From positions 2,570 to 66,569 of the forward strand of contig CAZPAV010000008.1 in the NCBI GenBank assembly GCA_964584755.1: 64,000 nt of DNA, given 5' to 3'. A program made the translations under genes and the position numbers. The number at the start of each line of letters is the position of its first letter. Within the stretch, counting starts at the first letter, position 1. Under the pieces are notes generated by a model. It was not told the origin of the DNA. It searched no databases and saw only the letters and a list, made by a program, of their open reading frames with translations. This DNA is from an uncultured Acidimicrobiaceae bacterium. Lineage in GTDB: Bacteria; Actinomycetota; Acidimicrobiia; Spongiisociales; UBA5794. Positions 27,637-37,814 of the stretch are shown piece after piece.

Positions 27637-29040
27637 TTACCCGACGGCCCCTTCCATCTGGAGCTCGATGAGCCGGTTCAGCTCGACGGCGTACTCCATG
27701 GGGAGCTCCTTGACGATGGGCTCGATGAAGCCGGCGACGATCATCGCCGTGGCCTGCTCCTCACTCAGTCCCCGGGTCATGAGGTAGAAGAGCTGGTCGT
27801 CCCCGACCTTGGACACCGTGGCCTCGTGGCCGATCCGGACGTCGGCGTCCTCGATCTCCATGTAGGGGTACGTGTCGGAACGCGAGTCCTCGTCGAGGAT
27901 GAGGGCGTCGCAGCGCACGAAGGAACGGGCGTTCTCCGCCCCCGGCTCCACCCGCACGAGCCCGCGGTACGCCGACCGTCCCCCGCCCTTGCTGATGGAC
28001 TTCGACGTGATGAGGGACGTGGTGTTCGGGGCGGCGTGGACCATCTTCGCTCCGGTGTCGAGGTGTTGCCCCTCCCCGGCGAAGGCGATCGACAGCACCT
28101 CGCCGTGGGCCCCCTCCCCCATGAGCCAGACGGCCGGGTACTTGGCCGTCACCTTCGACCCGAGGTTGCCGTCGATCCACTCCATGGTGGCGTTCCGGTA
28201 GGCGACCGCCCGCTTCGTCACGAGGTTGTACACGTTCGTCGACCAGTTCTGGATCGTCGAGTAGCGGCAACGGGCGCCCTCCTTGACGACGATCTCCACC
28301 ACCGCGGCGTGGAGGGAGTCGCTCGAGTAGATGGGCGCCGAGCATCCCTCCACGTAGTGCACGTACGCCCCCTCGTCGACGATGATGAGGGTGCGCTCGA
28401 ACTGGCCCATGTTCTCGGCGTTGATCCGGAAGTACGCCTGGAGGGGCTGGTCGAGATGGACTCCGGGCGGCACGTAGATGAACGACCCCCCCGACCACAC
28501 CGCGGAGTTCAGCGCGGCGAGCTTGTTGTCCCCGGGGGGGATCACGGTGCCGAAGTACTCCCGGACGATGTCGGGGTGCTCCCGGACCGCGGTGTCCATG
28601 TCGCTGAAGAGGACGCCGAGGCGCTCGAGGTCCTCACGGTTGCGGTGGTAGACGACCTCGCTCTCGTACTGGGCGGTGACCCCGGCGAGGTACTTCCGTT
28701 CCGCCTCGGGGATGCCGAGACGCTCGTAGGTGGTCTTGATGGCCTCCGGGACCATGTCCCAGTCCGCCACCTGGCCCTCGGTGGGCTTGATGTAGTAGTA
28801 GATGTCGTCGAAGTCGATGTCCTCGAGGGCTCCGTCGGCCACCCACAACGGGAGCGGCTTGCGCAGGAAACGCCGGTACGCCTTGAGGCGGAAGTCGAGC
28901 ATCCACGCCGGCTCGTGCTTCATCCGGGACATCTCGCGGATGATCTCCTCGTCGAGACCCTTCTTGGGCTTGAAGACGTAGTCCTCCTCGTCCGCCCAAC
29001 CGAGCTGGTACTTCCCGAGATCGATGTCGACGGTGGCCAT
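27637..29040 (-). CDS. sufB: Fe-S cluster assembly protein SufB
   Basis: Full-length SufB similarity (...[32 protein letters not shown]...). The start is the ATG at 29040 (MATVDIDLG), which has GGAGGG upstream. Confidence 0.9.
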   Translation of the reverse strand: MATVDIDLGKYQLGWADEEDYVFKPKKGLDEEIIREMSRMKHEPAWMLDFRLKAYRRFLRKPLPLWVADGALEDIDFDDIYYYIKPTEGQVADWDMVPEAIKTTYERLGIPEAERKYLAGVTAQYESEVVYHRNREDLERLGVLFSDMDTAVREHPDIVREYFGTVIPPGDNKLAALNSAVWSGGSFIYVPPGVHLDQPLQAYFRINAENMGQFERTLIIVDEGAYVHYVEGCSAPIYSSDSLHAAVVEIVVKEGARCRYSTIQNWSTNVYNLVTKRAVAYRNATMEWIDGNLGSKVTAKYPAVWLMGEGAHGEVLSIAFAGEGQHLDTGAKMVHAAPNTTSLITSKSISKGGGRSAYRGLVRVEPGAENARSFVRCDALILDEDSRSDTYPYMEIEDADVRIGHEATVSKVGDDQLFYLMTRGLSEEQATAMIVAGFIEPIVKELPMEYAVELNRLIELQMEGAVG

Positions 29041-29062
29041 GGAGAGGTCCCTCCGTATTTGC

Positions 29063-29076
29063 ACTATGGCGATAGT
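29063..29076. promoter_or_regulatory. AT-rich inverted repeat ACTAT-GGCG-ATAGT in the sufB leader, just downstream of a TACAAT -10-like hexamer (minus-strand sense)
   Basis: Read from the sequence. This is the lowest-GC stretch in the region, and its position suits a repressor operator overlapping the promoter. Confidence 0.3.
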
Positions 29077-29116
29077 CGCATTGTAGGCAGGCGCGGTGAC
29101 GCACCGGACCAGGTCC

Positions 29117-29947
29117 TCACGCCACCGCGAGGAGGACGATACCGGCCGCGATGACGAGGGCCCCCTCGAGCCGTCGCCGCCCCATCGGCTCGCCGAGGAG
29201 GAGCCACCCTCCGAGCGCCCCGAACACCACGGAGGTCTCGCGGAGGGCGGCGACGAGTCCCACGGGCGCGCTACGGGCGGCGAGGAGTACGAGCGCGTAG
29301 GCGACGAGGGACGCGGCGCCGCCCAGGGCGTGACGCCACCCCTCCTCGCGGAGGATGCGCCCGAGGCGTGCCGGGGAACGCCGGAGGAGCACCACCGGGG
29401 TGAAGAGGAGGGCGTTTCCGACGAACACCGCCACCGTGTAACGGAGGCTCTCGGTCCCGGCCCGGACCGCCGCGGTGTCGACGAGCATGTACGTCGCGAT
29501 GGTGAGACCGGTGGCCAGGGCGAAGGGGAGGCCCCGGCCGGGGCGTCCCCGCAGACCGATGACGAGGATCCCCGCGGTCACCACCACCACCGCCAGACCT
29601 CCGAGGAGGTCGGGTCGGTCGGCCAGGAGGAGGATCCCGCCCACGGTGACGAGCAGGGGCGCGCTGCCGCGGGCGATCGGGTACACCACCGACAGGTCCC
29701 CCGCCTCGTACGCGGCGGCGAGGGTGACGCCGTAGAACACGTGCACCACGCTCGAGACGAGCACGAAGCCCCACAGGCTCCACGGCACGCCGCCCCCGGT
29801 CAGGAGCGCCGGCAGGAACACGAGCGCACCGAAGGTGATCTGCAACCAGGCAGCGACGAGCCGATCCCGACTCGACTTCACCACGAGGTTCCACGCGGCG
29901 TGCAGGAGAGCGGCGGCGAGGACGATCGCCAGCGCGATGGGTGGCAT
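29117..29947 (-). CDS. EamA/DMT-family transporter
   Basis: Ten predicted TM helices with duplicated EamA-domain architecture. The start was moved to the ATG at 29947 ([12 protein letters not shown]). Confidence 0.7.
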   Translation of the reverse strand: MPPIALAIVLAAALLHAAWNLVVKSSRDRLVAAWLQITFGALVFLPALLTGGGVPWSLWGFVLVSSVVHVFYGVTLAAAYEAGDLSVVYPIARGSAPLLVTVGGILLLADRPDLLGGLAVVVVTAGILVIGLRGRPGRGLPFALATGLTIATYMLVDTAAVRAGTESLRYTVAVFVGNALLFTPVVLLRRSPARLGRILREEGWRHALGGAASLVAYALVLLAARSAPVGLVAALRETSVVFGALGGWLLLGEPMGRRRLEGALVIAAGIVLLAVA

Positions 29948-29996
29948 GGGTTCCCTTGATCCGGTCCGCTCGAGGCTACCGCCGCTCGTCCCGGAC

Positions 29997-30032
29997 GAGC
30001 GAAGGACCCGGCTCCGGCCGGGTCCTTCGCTC
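29997..30032. terminator. strong hairpin with a 16-bp perfect stem (GAGCGAAGGACCCGGC/GCCGGGTCCTTCGCTC) and a TCCG loop, downstream of gltB
   Basis: Read from the sequence. It lies about 130 bp after the gltB stop and has no U-tract. Confidence 0.45.
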
Positions 30033-30161
30033 GGCGGGCTCCCGGACGGGGAACGAGTGGGAGTGGGGGAAGACCGGGTCCGTCCGGGCCGCTCGCCTGT
30101 GATGATTGTAACGCTCAACGATCCCGAGGTGTTCCCGCGTTCGGCGCGGGACGCCGAGACC

Positions 30162-33100
30162 TCACCCCCGGGAGACGCCCACCGCGTCGACCGAGCCGGT
30201 CGCCCGACGGCGAACCAGAGGGGGGCGCAGGATCCAGAAGCGCTCCCGCTCCTGGTCCCAGCGGGTGAGGATCTCCCGTGCCCGCCGGCTCCCCGTCCAT
30301 CGCACGTGCGCCTCGAGCAGGTCCCGCAGCCGCGCCGCGTCGTCCTCGGTGGGACGGGCCACCGGCGGCGCGGTCGCCGCGAAGGCCCGCTTCGCCCGAT
30401 GCTCCGGATCCCAGACGTACAGCGTCCCTCCCGTCATGCCGGCCGCGGTGTTGCGGCCCACCGACCCCAGCACGACGACGACCCCGCCCGTCATGTACTC
30501 GCAGCCGTGGTCCCCGGAGCCTTCCACGACGGCGGTGGCCCCGGAGTTGCGCACCGCGAAACGCTGTCCGACCCGCCCCGCCACGAACAGTCGGCCCCCC
30601 GTGGCCCCGTAGAGACACGCGTTCCCCGCCCCGTGGACCCGGCCCTCCTCACCGGCGATGGGCCGGATCGCGATGACCCCACCGCCCATCCCCTTCCCCA
30701 CGTAGTCGTTCGCGGTGCCCTCGAGCTCGATCCGCACCCCGCGGGCGAGGAAGGCGCCGAGGCTCTGGCCCGCCGTTCCCGAGAGCCGGACCCGGATCGA
30801 CTCCTCGGCGAGGCCTGCGTCCCCGCGGATCTCGGCGATCTCCCCGGAGAGGCGGGTTCCGACGGAGCGGTCGGTGTTCTCCACCGGGTAGGCGAGCTCG
30901 AGCGGGAGCTCGCCACGGAAGGCGGCCCGGCCGTCGACGGCGAGCTGCTCCCCCAACGGCGACCGTTCCACCCGACGGAAGCTCCGATCCGCCCCGATGT
31001 CGGCGCGAACGAGGAGCCGGTCGAGGTCGGTGGCGACTCGCTGGCGCGGATCTCGCGCCCGCAGCAGATCGGCGCGGCCCACCAGCTCGTCGAGCGTCCG
31101 TGCCCCCATCCTCGCCATCCAGCGGCGAACGTCCTCGGCGAGGAACCGGAAGAGGTTGATGACGTGGTCGACCGATCCGGTGAACTTGGCCCGCAGGTCC
31201 TCGCGCTGGGTCGCGATCCCGGTCGGGCAGGTGTTCTCGTGACACCGGCGGACCATCTTGCACCCCAGGGCCAGGAGGATGGGTGTCCCGAACCCGAACC
31301 GGTCGGCGCCGAGGAGGGCGGCGACGACCACGTCCCGCCCGGTACGGAACCCGCCGTCGCTCTCCACCGAGATGGTGCTGCGCAGCCCGTTGGCGACCAG
31401 CGCCTGATGCGCCTCGGCCAGCCCGATCTCCCAGGGGGACCCGGCGTGCTTGATGCTCACCAGCGGCGACGCCCCCGTTCCGCCCCCGTACCCGGAGATG
31501 AGCACGACGTCGGCGAGCGCCTTGGCCACCCCGACGGCGATCGTCCCCACCCCGGGACCCGACACGAGCTTCACCGAGACCCGGGCGAGCGGCTTGAAGG
31601 TCTTCAGGTCGTGGATGAGCTGCGCCAGGTCCTCGATGCTGTAGATGTCGTGGTGGGGCGGTGGGGAGATGAGCGTCACGCCCGGCTCGGTGTGGCGGAG
31701 CCGGGCGATCTCGGACGTCACCTTGTGCCCGGGGAGTTGTCCTCCCTCCCCCGGCTTCGACCCCTGCGCCATCTTGATCTGGAACTCCTCGGCGGAGGCG
31801 AGGTACCCCGGCGTGACGCCGAAACGACCGCTGGCCACCTGCTTGATGGCCGAGTTCCGGGGGGTGCCGTACCGGGCCGGGTCCTCGCCGCCCTCACCCG
31901 AGTTCGACCGCCCCCCGATGTGGTTCATCGCCTTGGCGATGGCCTCGTGTGCCTCCGGGGAGAGCGCGCCGAGCGACATCGCCGCCGCGGTGAACCGGCG
32001 CATGAGCCGCTCCACCGGCTCGACCTGTTCCAAGGGGACCTCGGGACCGAGCGGATCGATCTCGAGCAGGTCGCGCAGCTCCATGGCGGGCCGCTCCTCC
32101 TGGACGAGCCGGACGTACTCCTCGTACGCCTCCCAGTCCCCGCCGCGTACCGCCTTCTGGAGGGCGAGGACCGCCCGCGGCGCGTTGATGTGGGGGAGGC
32201 CGCCCCGTCGGTGCTTGTAGTACCCGCCCACCTCCTCCTCGCCCTCGCCGAACCGGCGATGACGCTCGAGCACGTCCCGGGCGATCCGGGCGAAACCCGC
32301 CCCGCCCACCCGTCGCTCCACGTGACGGAAGGCGAGCGCGCACACCTCCTCGTCGAGCCCGATCGCCTCGAAGAGCTCCGAGCCGCGGTACGCGGAGATC
32401 GTGCAGATCCCCATCTTCGACATGATCTTCAGCAGCCCCTTCTCGAGCGCCCGCCGGTAGTTCTCCTGGGCCTCGACGACACCGGCGGGGACTCGCCCTG
32501 CGGCGGCCATCGCCCGGACCTGCTCGATGGCGAGGTACGGGTTCACCGCCGAGGCCCCGAAGGCCACGAGGCAGGCGAAGTCGTGGGCGTCGCGCGGCTC
32601 TGCCGACACCGCGACGATGGAGGCGTGGAGACGAAGACCGGCGTCGATGAGCCGGTGATGGACGGCCCCCACGGCGAGGACCATGGGGATGGGCGCTCGG
32701 TTCGCGTCGACCTCCCGGTCGGAGAGGACGAGGATCGTGGCCCCGTCGCCCACGGCACGCTCGGCCCGGTCGCACAGCTCGCCGAGACCCCGGACGAGTC
32801 CCTCCACGCCGCGCTCGGCGGGGAACACCGCCTCCAGCCAGGCGGAGCGGAAGGCGGGGTCCTCCGAGCTGCACAGCTTCTCGATCTCCGTGTCGCTGAG
32901 GACCGGCGAGGGAAGCTCGATGAGGCGGGCCTGCTGTGGCGTCTCCTCGAGGAGGGAGCCGCGCCGTCCCACGTAGGTGCGCAGCGACATGACGAGGTTC
33001 TCCCGGATGGGGTCCATCGGCGGATTCGTGACCTGGGCGAACGCCTGGTGGAAGAACCGGGTGAGACGCTGCGGAGCCTCGGAGAGGACCGCCAGTCCCG

Positions 33101-34568
33101 TGTCGTGCCCCATGGAGAGGATCGGCTCGTCACCCTCGGCCATCGGACCGAGGATGAGGCGGCGCTCCTCCTCGGTGTATCCGAACACGCGGGCGAAGGA
33201 CTCGGGGTCGAAGCGCTCGTCCTGGTGAGGATCGAAGGGGTCGGAGACGTAGTTCGTCCCCGTGCGGATCCACTCCGAGTACGGGGCGAGGCCGGCGAGG
33301 GACGCCTTCACCTCGTCGGAGAAACGCAGCGCCCCGGTCCCCAGGTCGACGAGGATCACCTCGCCGGGACCGAGCTGTCCGGTGCTCTCCGCTCGGATCT
33401 CCTCCTCGGGCGCCACGCCCGCCTCCGAGGCGACGATGACGTACTCGGGGGTCACCGCCCAGCGCGCCGGACGGAGGCCGTTGCGATCGAGACCGGCGAG
33501 GAGATGCCGGCCGTCGCAGGCGGCGATGGCCGCCGGACCGTCCCACGGCTCGGTGAGGAACGCGTGGTACTCGTAGAAGGCCCGCAGGTCCGGATCGAGA
33601 TCCTCGACGTTCTCCCAGGCGGCGGGGACGAGCATCTCCTTGACGTGCGCGAGCGAGCGGCCGGAGCGAACGAGGACCTCGAACGCCTCGTCCAGGCTCG
33701 CCGAGTCCGACCCGGCGGAACGGACGAGTGGCTTGAGGTCCTCGGTGCGCGCCGCCCACAGGTCCGAGCGCAGGTCGTTGCTCCGCGCCTCCATCCAGGC
33801 CCGGTTGGCCCGTACCGTGTTGATCTCGCCGTTGTGGGCGAGGACGCGGAAGGGCTGGGCGAGCGCCCACGCCGGCGACGTGTTCGTCGAGTACCGCTGG
33901 TGGAAGATGGCGAAGTCGCTCTCGTAGGCGGGGTCCTTGAGGTCCCAGTAGAAGTCCTCGATGTGCGACGCGGTGAAGAGTCCCTTGTAGACGATCGTCC
34001 GGCACGACGCCGACGGGATCGAGAAGCCCTCGAGACCGGCCTCCTCGGCACCCGCCTCGGCGTTCTTCCGGGCGAGGAAGAGGCGCCGCTCGAAGTCGTC
34101 GCGGTCCACGGCGTCGTCGGGCGCGGAGAGGATCGCCTGCTCGATCCGGGGCATGGTGGCCCGGGCGGATTCGCCCAGGACCATCGGCCCCACCGGGACG
34201 GGCCTCCAGAGGAGGACCTCGACGCCCTCCCCGTCGAGGGCGTCCTCGACGAGACGGCGGGACTCGGGGAGGAACTCCGGGGGCGCGAACATCATCACCG
34301 CGCCGATGGCGAGGCGCGGCGGCGGCTCGATGCCGGCGGCGGCGAGCTCACGGCGCAACAGCCGGTACGGCAGACGCGTCATCATCCCCGCCCCGTCGCC
34401 GGTCCCGTCGATGGAGCGGGCACCGCGATGGTCGAGCCGGTGGAGACAGGAGACGGCGAGCCTGACGAGCCGATGGGTGGCGGCGGTGTCGCGGCGCACC
34501 ACGAAGCCCACGCCGCACGCGTCGCGCGGCGCCGGAGCTCCGTACAGGGGGTACCGCTCTTCCACCAT
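30162..34568 (-). CDS. gltB: glutamate synthase large subunit
   Basis: An Ntn amidotransferase N-terminus (CGVGFV), FMN-binding and 3Fe-4S regions, and a C-terminal GXGXG beta-helix domain. The start is the ATG at 34568. Confidence 0.9.
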   Translation of the reverse strand: MVEERYPLYGAPAPRDACGVGFVVRRDTAATHRLVRLAVSCLHRLDHRGARSIDGTGDGAGMMTRLPYRLLRRELAAAGIEPPPRLAIGAVMMFAPPEFLPESRRLVEDALDGEGVEVLLWRPVPVGPMVLGESARATMPRIEQAILSAPDDAVDRDDFERRLFLARKNAEAGAEEAGLEGFSIPSASCRTIVYKGLFTASHIEDFYWDLKDPAYESDFAIFHQRYSTNTSPAWALAQPFRVLAHNGEINTVRANRAWMEARSNDLRSDLWAARTEDLKPLVRSAGSDSASLDEAFEVLVRSGRSLAHVKEMLVPAAWENVEDLDPDLRAFYEYHAFLTEPWDGPAAIAACDGRHLLAGLDRNGLRPARWAVTPEYVIVASEAGVAPEEEIRAESTGQLGPGEVILVDLGTGALRFSDEVKASLAGLAPYSEWIRTGTNYVSDPFDPHQDERFDPESFARVFGYTEEERRLILGPMAEGDEPILSMGHDTGLAVLSEAPQRLTRFFHQAFAQVTNPPMDPIRENLVMSLRTYVGRRGSLLEETPQQARLIELPSPVLSDTEIEKLCSSEDPAFRSAWLEAVFPAERGVEGLVRGLGELCDRAERAVGDGATILVLSDREVDANRAPIPMVLAVGAVHHRLIDAGLRLHASIVAVSAEPRDAHDFACLVAFGASAVNPYLAIEQVRAMAAAGRVPAGVVEAQENYRRALEKGLLKIMSKMGICTISAYRGSELFEAIGLDEEVCALAFRHVERRVGGAGFARIARDVLERHRRFGEGEEEVGGYYKHRRGGLPHINAPRAVLALQKAVRGGDWEAYEEYVRLVQEERPAMELRDLLEIDPLGPEVPLEQVEPVERLMRRFTAAAMSLGALSPEAHEAIAKAMNHIGGRSNSGEGGEDPARYGTPRNSAIKQVASGRFGVTPGYLASAEEFQIKMAQGSKPGEGGQLPGHKVTSEIARLRHTEPGVTLISPPPHHDIYSIEDLAQLIHDLKTFKPLARVSVKLVSGPGVGTIAVGVAKALADVVLISGYGGGTGASPLVSIKHAGSPWEIGLAEAHQALVANGLRSTISVESDGGFRTGRDVVVAALLGADRFGFGTPILLALGCKMVRRCHENTCPTGIATQREDLRAKFTGSVDHVINLFRFLAEDVRRWMARMGARTLDELVGRADLLRARDPRQRVATDLDRLLVRADIGADRSFRRVERSPLGEQLAVDGRAAFRGELPLELAYPVENTDRSVGTRLSGEIAEIRGDAGLAEESIRVRLSGTAGQSLGAFLARGVRIELEGTANDYVGKGMGGGVIAIRPIAGEEGRVHGAGNACLYGATGGRLFVAGRVGQRFAVRNSGATAVVEGSGDHGCEYMTGGVVVVLGSVGRNTAAGMTGGTLYVWDPEHRAKRAFAATAPPVARPTEDDAARLRDLLEAHVRWTGSRRAREILTRWDQERERFWILRPPLVRRRATGSVDAVGVSRG

Positions 34569-34695
34569 GAGCCTCCATGCGCTGCGAACCACACGACCGT
34601 GCAGCTCGTGGCGGGTCGGCTGCCCGGCCCGGAAGTGAGCACTCCACTGTATTCGGGTCGGGAAGTCGTGTGAAATCCTCCTCTACGCTGGCCTC

Positions 34696-35151
34696 GTGCC
34701 CGTCATCCTCGTCGGCGCCGACACCCCGGCCGGCCGTGACCTCGTCACGGCCCTCCTCGGCAGCACCCCGGAGGTCCGGGTCTTCGTCTCCGACGGTGCC
34801 GCCGCCGCGGCGTGGCGGGGCCGGGGGATCAAGGTCGCCCTCGGCGACGTCTCCGACGGGTCCCACCTCGCCGCCGCGGCGCGTGGCTGCTTCTGCGCGG
34901 TGCTCCTCGCCGTCGCGGCCGACGACGACCGCGAGCGCGCCTTCGCCGACGCGGGCGCAGAGACCCTCGGGGCGTGGACGGAGGCACTCCGCGACGCCGG
35001 GGTGACCCGGGTGATCTGGGTCGGCGACGACGAGCGGTCGCTTCCCACCGGGAGGGGGTTCCCCGAGGAGGCCGTCGTGACCACCTCGGGGCGCTCCGCC
35101 GCGGCGGTGGTGGCGGCCGTCCTGCGCCTCGAGGCCGCGGCGCGCCTCTGA
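34696..35151 (+). CDS. hypothetical small NAD(P)-binding-like protein
   Basis: An N-terminal VILVGADTPAGRDLVTALL segment resembles a Rossmann fold. I recognise nothing further. Confidence 0.4.
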   Translation: MPVILVGADTPAGRDLVTALLGSTPEVRVFVSDGAAAAAWRGRGIKVALGDVSDGSHLAAAARGCFCAVLLAVAADDDRERAFADAGAETLGAWTEALRDAGVTRVIWVGDDERSLPTGRGFPEEAVVTTSGRSAAAVVAAVLRLEAAARL

Positions 35152-35164
35152 TGCCTCCGACGCC

Positions 35165-36388
35165 TCAGAAGACCTCGGCACACCATGGCGCGACCTCCCC
35201 CCGGAACATCCGGTCGAGGAGGGTCACGTGCTCGGGAGCGCCGCGTAGACGTCCGGCGGCGGCCGCCGGCCGCGCCGGAACCCCACCGAGGAGGAGCGCG
35301 CCGAGGACGTCGACGCCGAGCTCGACGTCGGCCGGCTCCCGGCTGCGACGGCATGTGGCCCCGCCGGACTCGACCGCCAGCTCGTACACGCCGGTCACCT
35401 CGGGCAGGAAGGGGTCCTCGACGCCGAGACGGAGGCGACCCGCGACGCCGTAGGTCCGGGCCGTGAGCGCGCCGGGAACGTCGAGGATGCGCACCCACAG
35501 GGCGTCGCCGAGGCGGCGCCGTACCCGGCGGGGGTCGGCCACCTTCCAGGGGAGGGGATCGTCGACCGGCAGGTTCCAGTAGCGGAGTCGGGGGAAGAGG
35601 TCGATGTTGGCGACGAACCTCCACAGCGCGGTGTGCGCCGCGGGCGTGGCGGCGAGGAGCTCGACGACGCGGATCTCCCCGTCCGGGATGCCGTCGGTCC
35701 ACTCCCCGGTGCGCTGGACGTAGACGACGTACCCCTCGGGACCGGAGGACGTCGCGAAGACGGCGAAACGTCGCGCCGAGTCCCCGTCCTCGGGCCGGTG
35801 CGGCACGTGCAGGACCCGATGGTCCCACCAACCGGCCGAGCGGCCGAGCATGCCGGGACGCTCCGACCGGACCTGCTCGTACACCGGCGGGAGGAGGCCG
35901 GCCGCCTCGTCGGCCTCGACGAGACGCACCCGGCCCCCGCCGGTGTCGCCCGTCGGCTCGAGCCGTTCCATGGTCGTCGCGAAGAGGTGGGACGCCGCCC
36001 CGTACCCGAAACGCCCGTAGATGGGCGCCTCGGCCGCCCACAACCCCGCCAGCGGCTCTCCTCGCGCCGCGACCGCCCGGAGATGCTCCCGCATCATCGC
36101 GGTGAGCACGCCACGGCGCCGATGCGTGGCGAGGACCGTCACCATCGTCGTGCCGGCCATCGCCACCGTCCCGCCGCCGGGAAGGGTGACCGTGAACGGG
36201 AGATCGGCCAAGGTACCGACGAGGATGCCCTCCTCGAAGGCGGCGACGGTGCGCTCGAGGGGCGCCAGCTCCCGGAAGCGCGTCCCCTCCGGGTCGTCGG
36301 CGGGAGCTTCGCCGCCGAAGCCGCGGGCCATACGCTCACGGAACGGCGCGAGCTCGTCGGGGGTGATCGGTCGCGTCACGACGGGCAC
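35165..36388 (-). CDS. Eis-like GNAT N-acetyltransferase with a C-terminal SCP2-like domain
   Basis: Length and domain order match the Eis (enhanced intracellular survival) family, including the GNAT motif RRRGVLTAMM. Confidence 0.6.
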   Translation of the reverse strand: MPVVTRPITPDELAPFRERMARGFGGEAPADDPEGTRFRELAPLERTVAAFEEGILVGTLADLPFTVTLPGGGTVAMAGTTMVTVLATHRRRGVLTAMMREHLRAVAARGEPLAGLWAAEAPIYGRFGYGAASHLFATTMERLEPTGDTGGGRVRLVEADEAAGLLPPVYEQVRSERPGMLGRSAGWWDHRVLHVPHRPEDGDSARRFAVFATSSGPEGYVVYVQRTGEWTDGIPDGEIRVVELLAATPAAHTALWRFVANIDLFPRLRYWNLPVDDPLPWKVADPRRVRRRLGDALWVRILDVPGALTARTYGVAGRLRLGVEDPFLPEVTGVYELAVESGGATCRRSREPADVELGVDVLGALLLGGVPARPAAAAGRLRGAPEHVTLLDRMFRGEVAPWCAEVF

Positions 36389-36461
36389 ACGACGACCCTA
36401 CCCGACCACCGGGTGGTCGTCCCTCCGGTAGATTCCCTCCCGACCTTCCGAGAGGAGCCTC

Positions 36462-37253
36462 ATGCCAGGGATCCGCATCGCCGCCCAGATCCAGCCGCAA
36501 CATGCCCAGTACACCGCCATCCGCACCGTCGTCACCGGCGCCGAGGAGATGGGGGTCGACGTCGCCTACAACTGGGATCACTTCTTCCCGCTGTACGGGG
36601 GAGACCCCGATCCCCTGGTCGGCAAGCACTTCGAGTGCTGGACCATGCTGGGTGCCTGGGCGGAGCAGACCACCCGGATCCGGATCGGCGCGCTCGTCAC
36701 CTGCAACTCCTATCGCAACCCGCAACTCCTCGCCGACATGGCCCGCACCGTCGACCACGTCTCCGGGGGCCGCCTCATCCTCGGGATCGGCGCCGGCTGG
36801 TTCGAGAAGGACTACGTGGAGTACGGCTACGAGTTCGGGACGGTCGGGTCCCGGCTGCGCGCCCTCGGCGAGGCCCTGCCGCTCATCGAGTCCCGCCTGG
36901 CCCGTCTCGACCCTCCCCCGACGCGCCGCATCCCGATCCTCATCGGTGGGGGCGGGGAACGGGTGACGCTGCGGCTCGTCGCCCGACACGCCGACATCTG
37001 GCACACCTTCGGCGACGTCGAGACGATCGCCCACAAGATCGAGGTCCTCCGTCGTCACTGTGCCGAGGAGGGTCGCGATCCGGCGACGATCGAGGTCTCG
37101 GTCGGCGTCCAGCCCGGCTGGATCGGTGACGCCGACCGCTACCGGGAGCTCGGCGTCACCGAGTTCACGATCGGGCTGTCGGGCCCCTCCTACGACCTCG
37201 GCGTCCTCGAGCCCTGGCTGGCGTGGCGGGACCGCGTCGGCCGGTCCCGGTAG
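36462..37253 (+). CDS. LLM-class F420-dependent oxidoreductase
   Basis: Luciferase-like TIM-barrel motifs (LILGIGAGW, PILIGGGG). Confidence 0.8.
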   Translation: MPGIRIAAQIQPQHAQYTAIRTVVTGAEEMGVDVAYNWDHFFPLYGGDPDPLVGKHFECWTMLGAWAEQTTRIRIGALVTCNSYRNPQLLADMARTVDHVSGGRLILGIGAGWFEKDYVEYGYEFGTVGSRLRALGEALPLIESRLARLDPPPTRRIPILIGGGGERVTLRLVARHADIWHTFGDVETIAHKIEVLRRHCAEEGRDPATIEVSVGVQPGWIGDADRYRELGVTEFTIGLSGPSYDLGVLEPWLAWRDRVGRSR

Positions 37254-37304
37254 CATCGCGGGCGCGCAGCCGCGTGTGGGATCGGCGGCAGGGAGGAGGG
37301 TCGC

Positions 37305-37811
37305 GTGGTCGATTTCACGAAGCGGGCGAGGAAGGCGCCCGGGCTCGAGCCGGGGGAGAGCGTCCTCGCCGCCATCCGCCTCACGCCGAGCCGGCAGAGC
37401 GGTGCCGCCGTCGCCGGAGCCGTCGCCGGCGGCGCCGTGGGTCTGACCCTGGGAACGCTGTGGGACGCCCTGGGACAGCCGTCGCTCCCCGAGGAGCTGG
37501 CGAACGCCCCCGTCGCCGACGTGAAGCTGCCCAACGCCGGGGTCATCGCCGCCTTCACCGACCGACGCCTCCTCCTGTGGAAGGCGTCCTCGCTCGGAGG
37601 CCCCAAGCGGCTGCTCGCCGCGTTCCCGCGCGACGAGATCGTCGGCGCCCGGGTCCGCCCCGCCGGGCGCCGAGGCGGCATCGCCTCCGCGGTGGTGTTC
37701 CTCCTCTTCGCCGACGGGAGCGTCCTCCCCGCCTGGGCGATCACCTCCGGATCCAACGGGCGACAGCTCGAGGCGTTCCTCGCCGCCGGCGGGGACGGAC
37801 GTGAGATCTGA
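37305..37811 (+). CDS. hypothetical protein (possibly a bacterial PH-like domain)
   Basis: A GTG-start ORF with no catalytic motifs. Confidence 0.4.
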   Translation: MVDFTKRARKAPGLEPGESVLAAIRLTPSRQSGAAVAGAVAGGAVGLTLGTLWDALGQPSLPEELANAPVADVKLPNAGVIAAFTDRRLLLWKASSLGGPKRLLAAFPRDEIVGARVRPAGRRGGIASAVVFLLFADGSVLPAWAITSGSNGRQLEAFLAAGGDGREI

Positions 37812-37814
37812 GCG

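Noticed and set aside
29835-34673. 1612-aa plus-strand ORF antisense to gltB
   Set aside because: A shadow ORF with a low-complexity RGPA-rich translation. gltB on the minus strand is unambiguous.
34569-34695. Possible GlnR nitrogen-regulator boxes upstream of gltB
   Set aside because: The region is relatively AT-rich, but I could not find a convincing GTnAC-N6-GnAAC pair. It is mentioned only as a hypothesis under the gltB finding.
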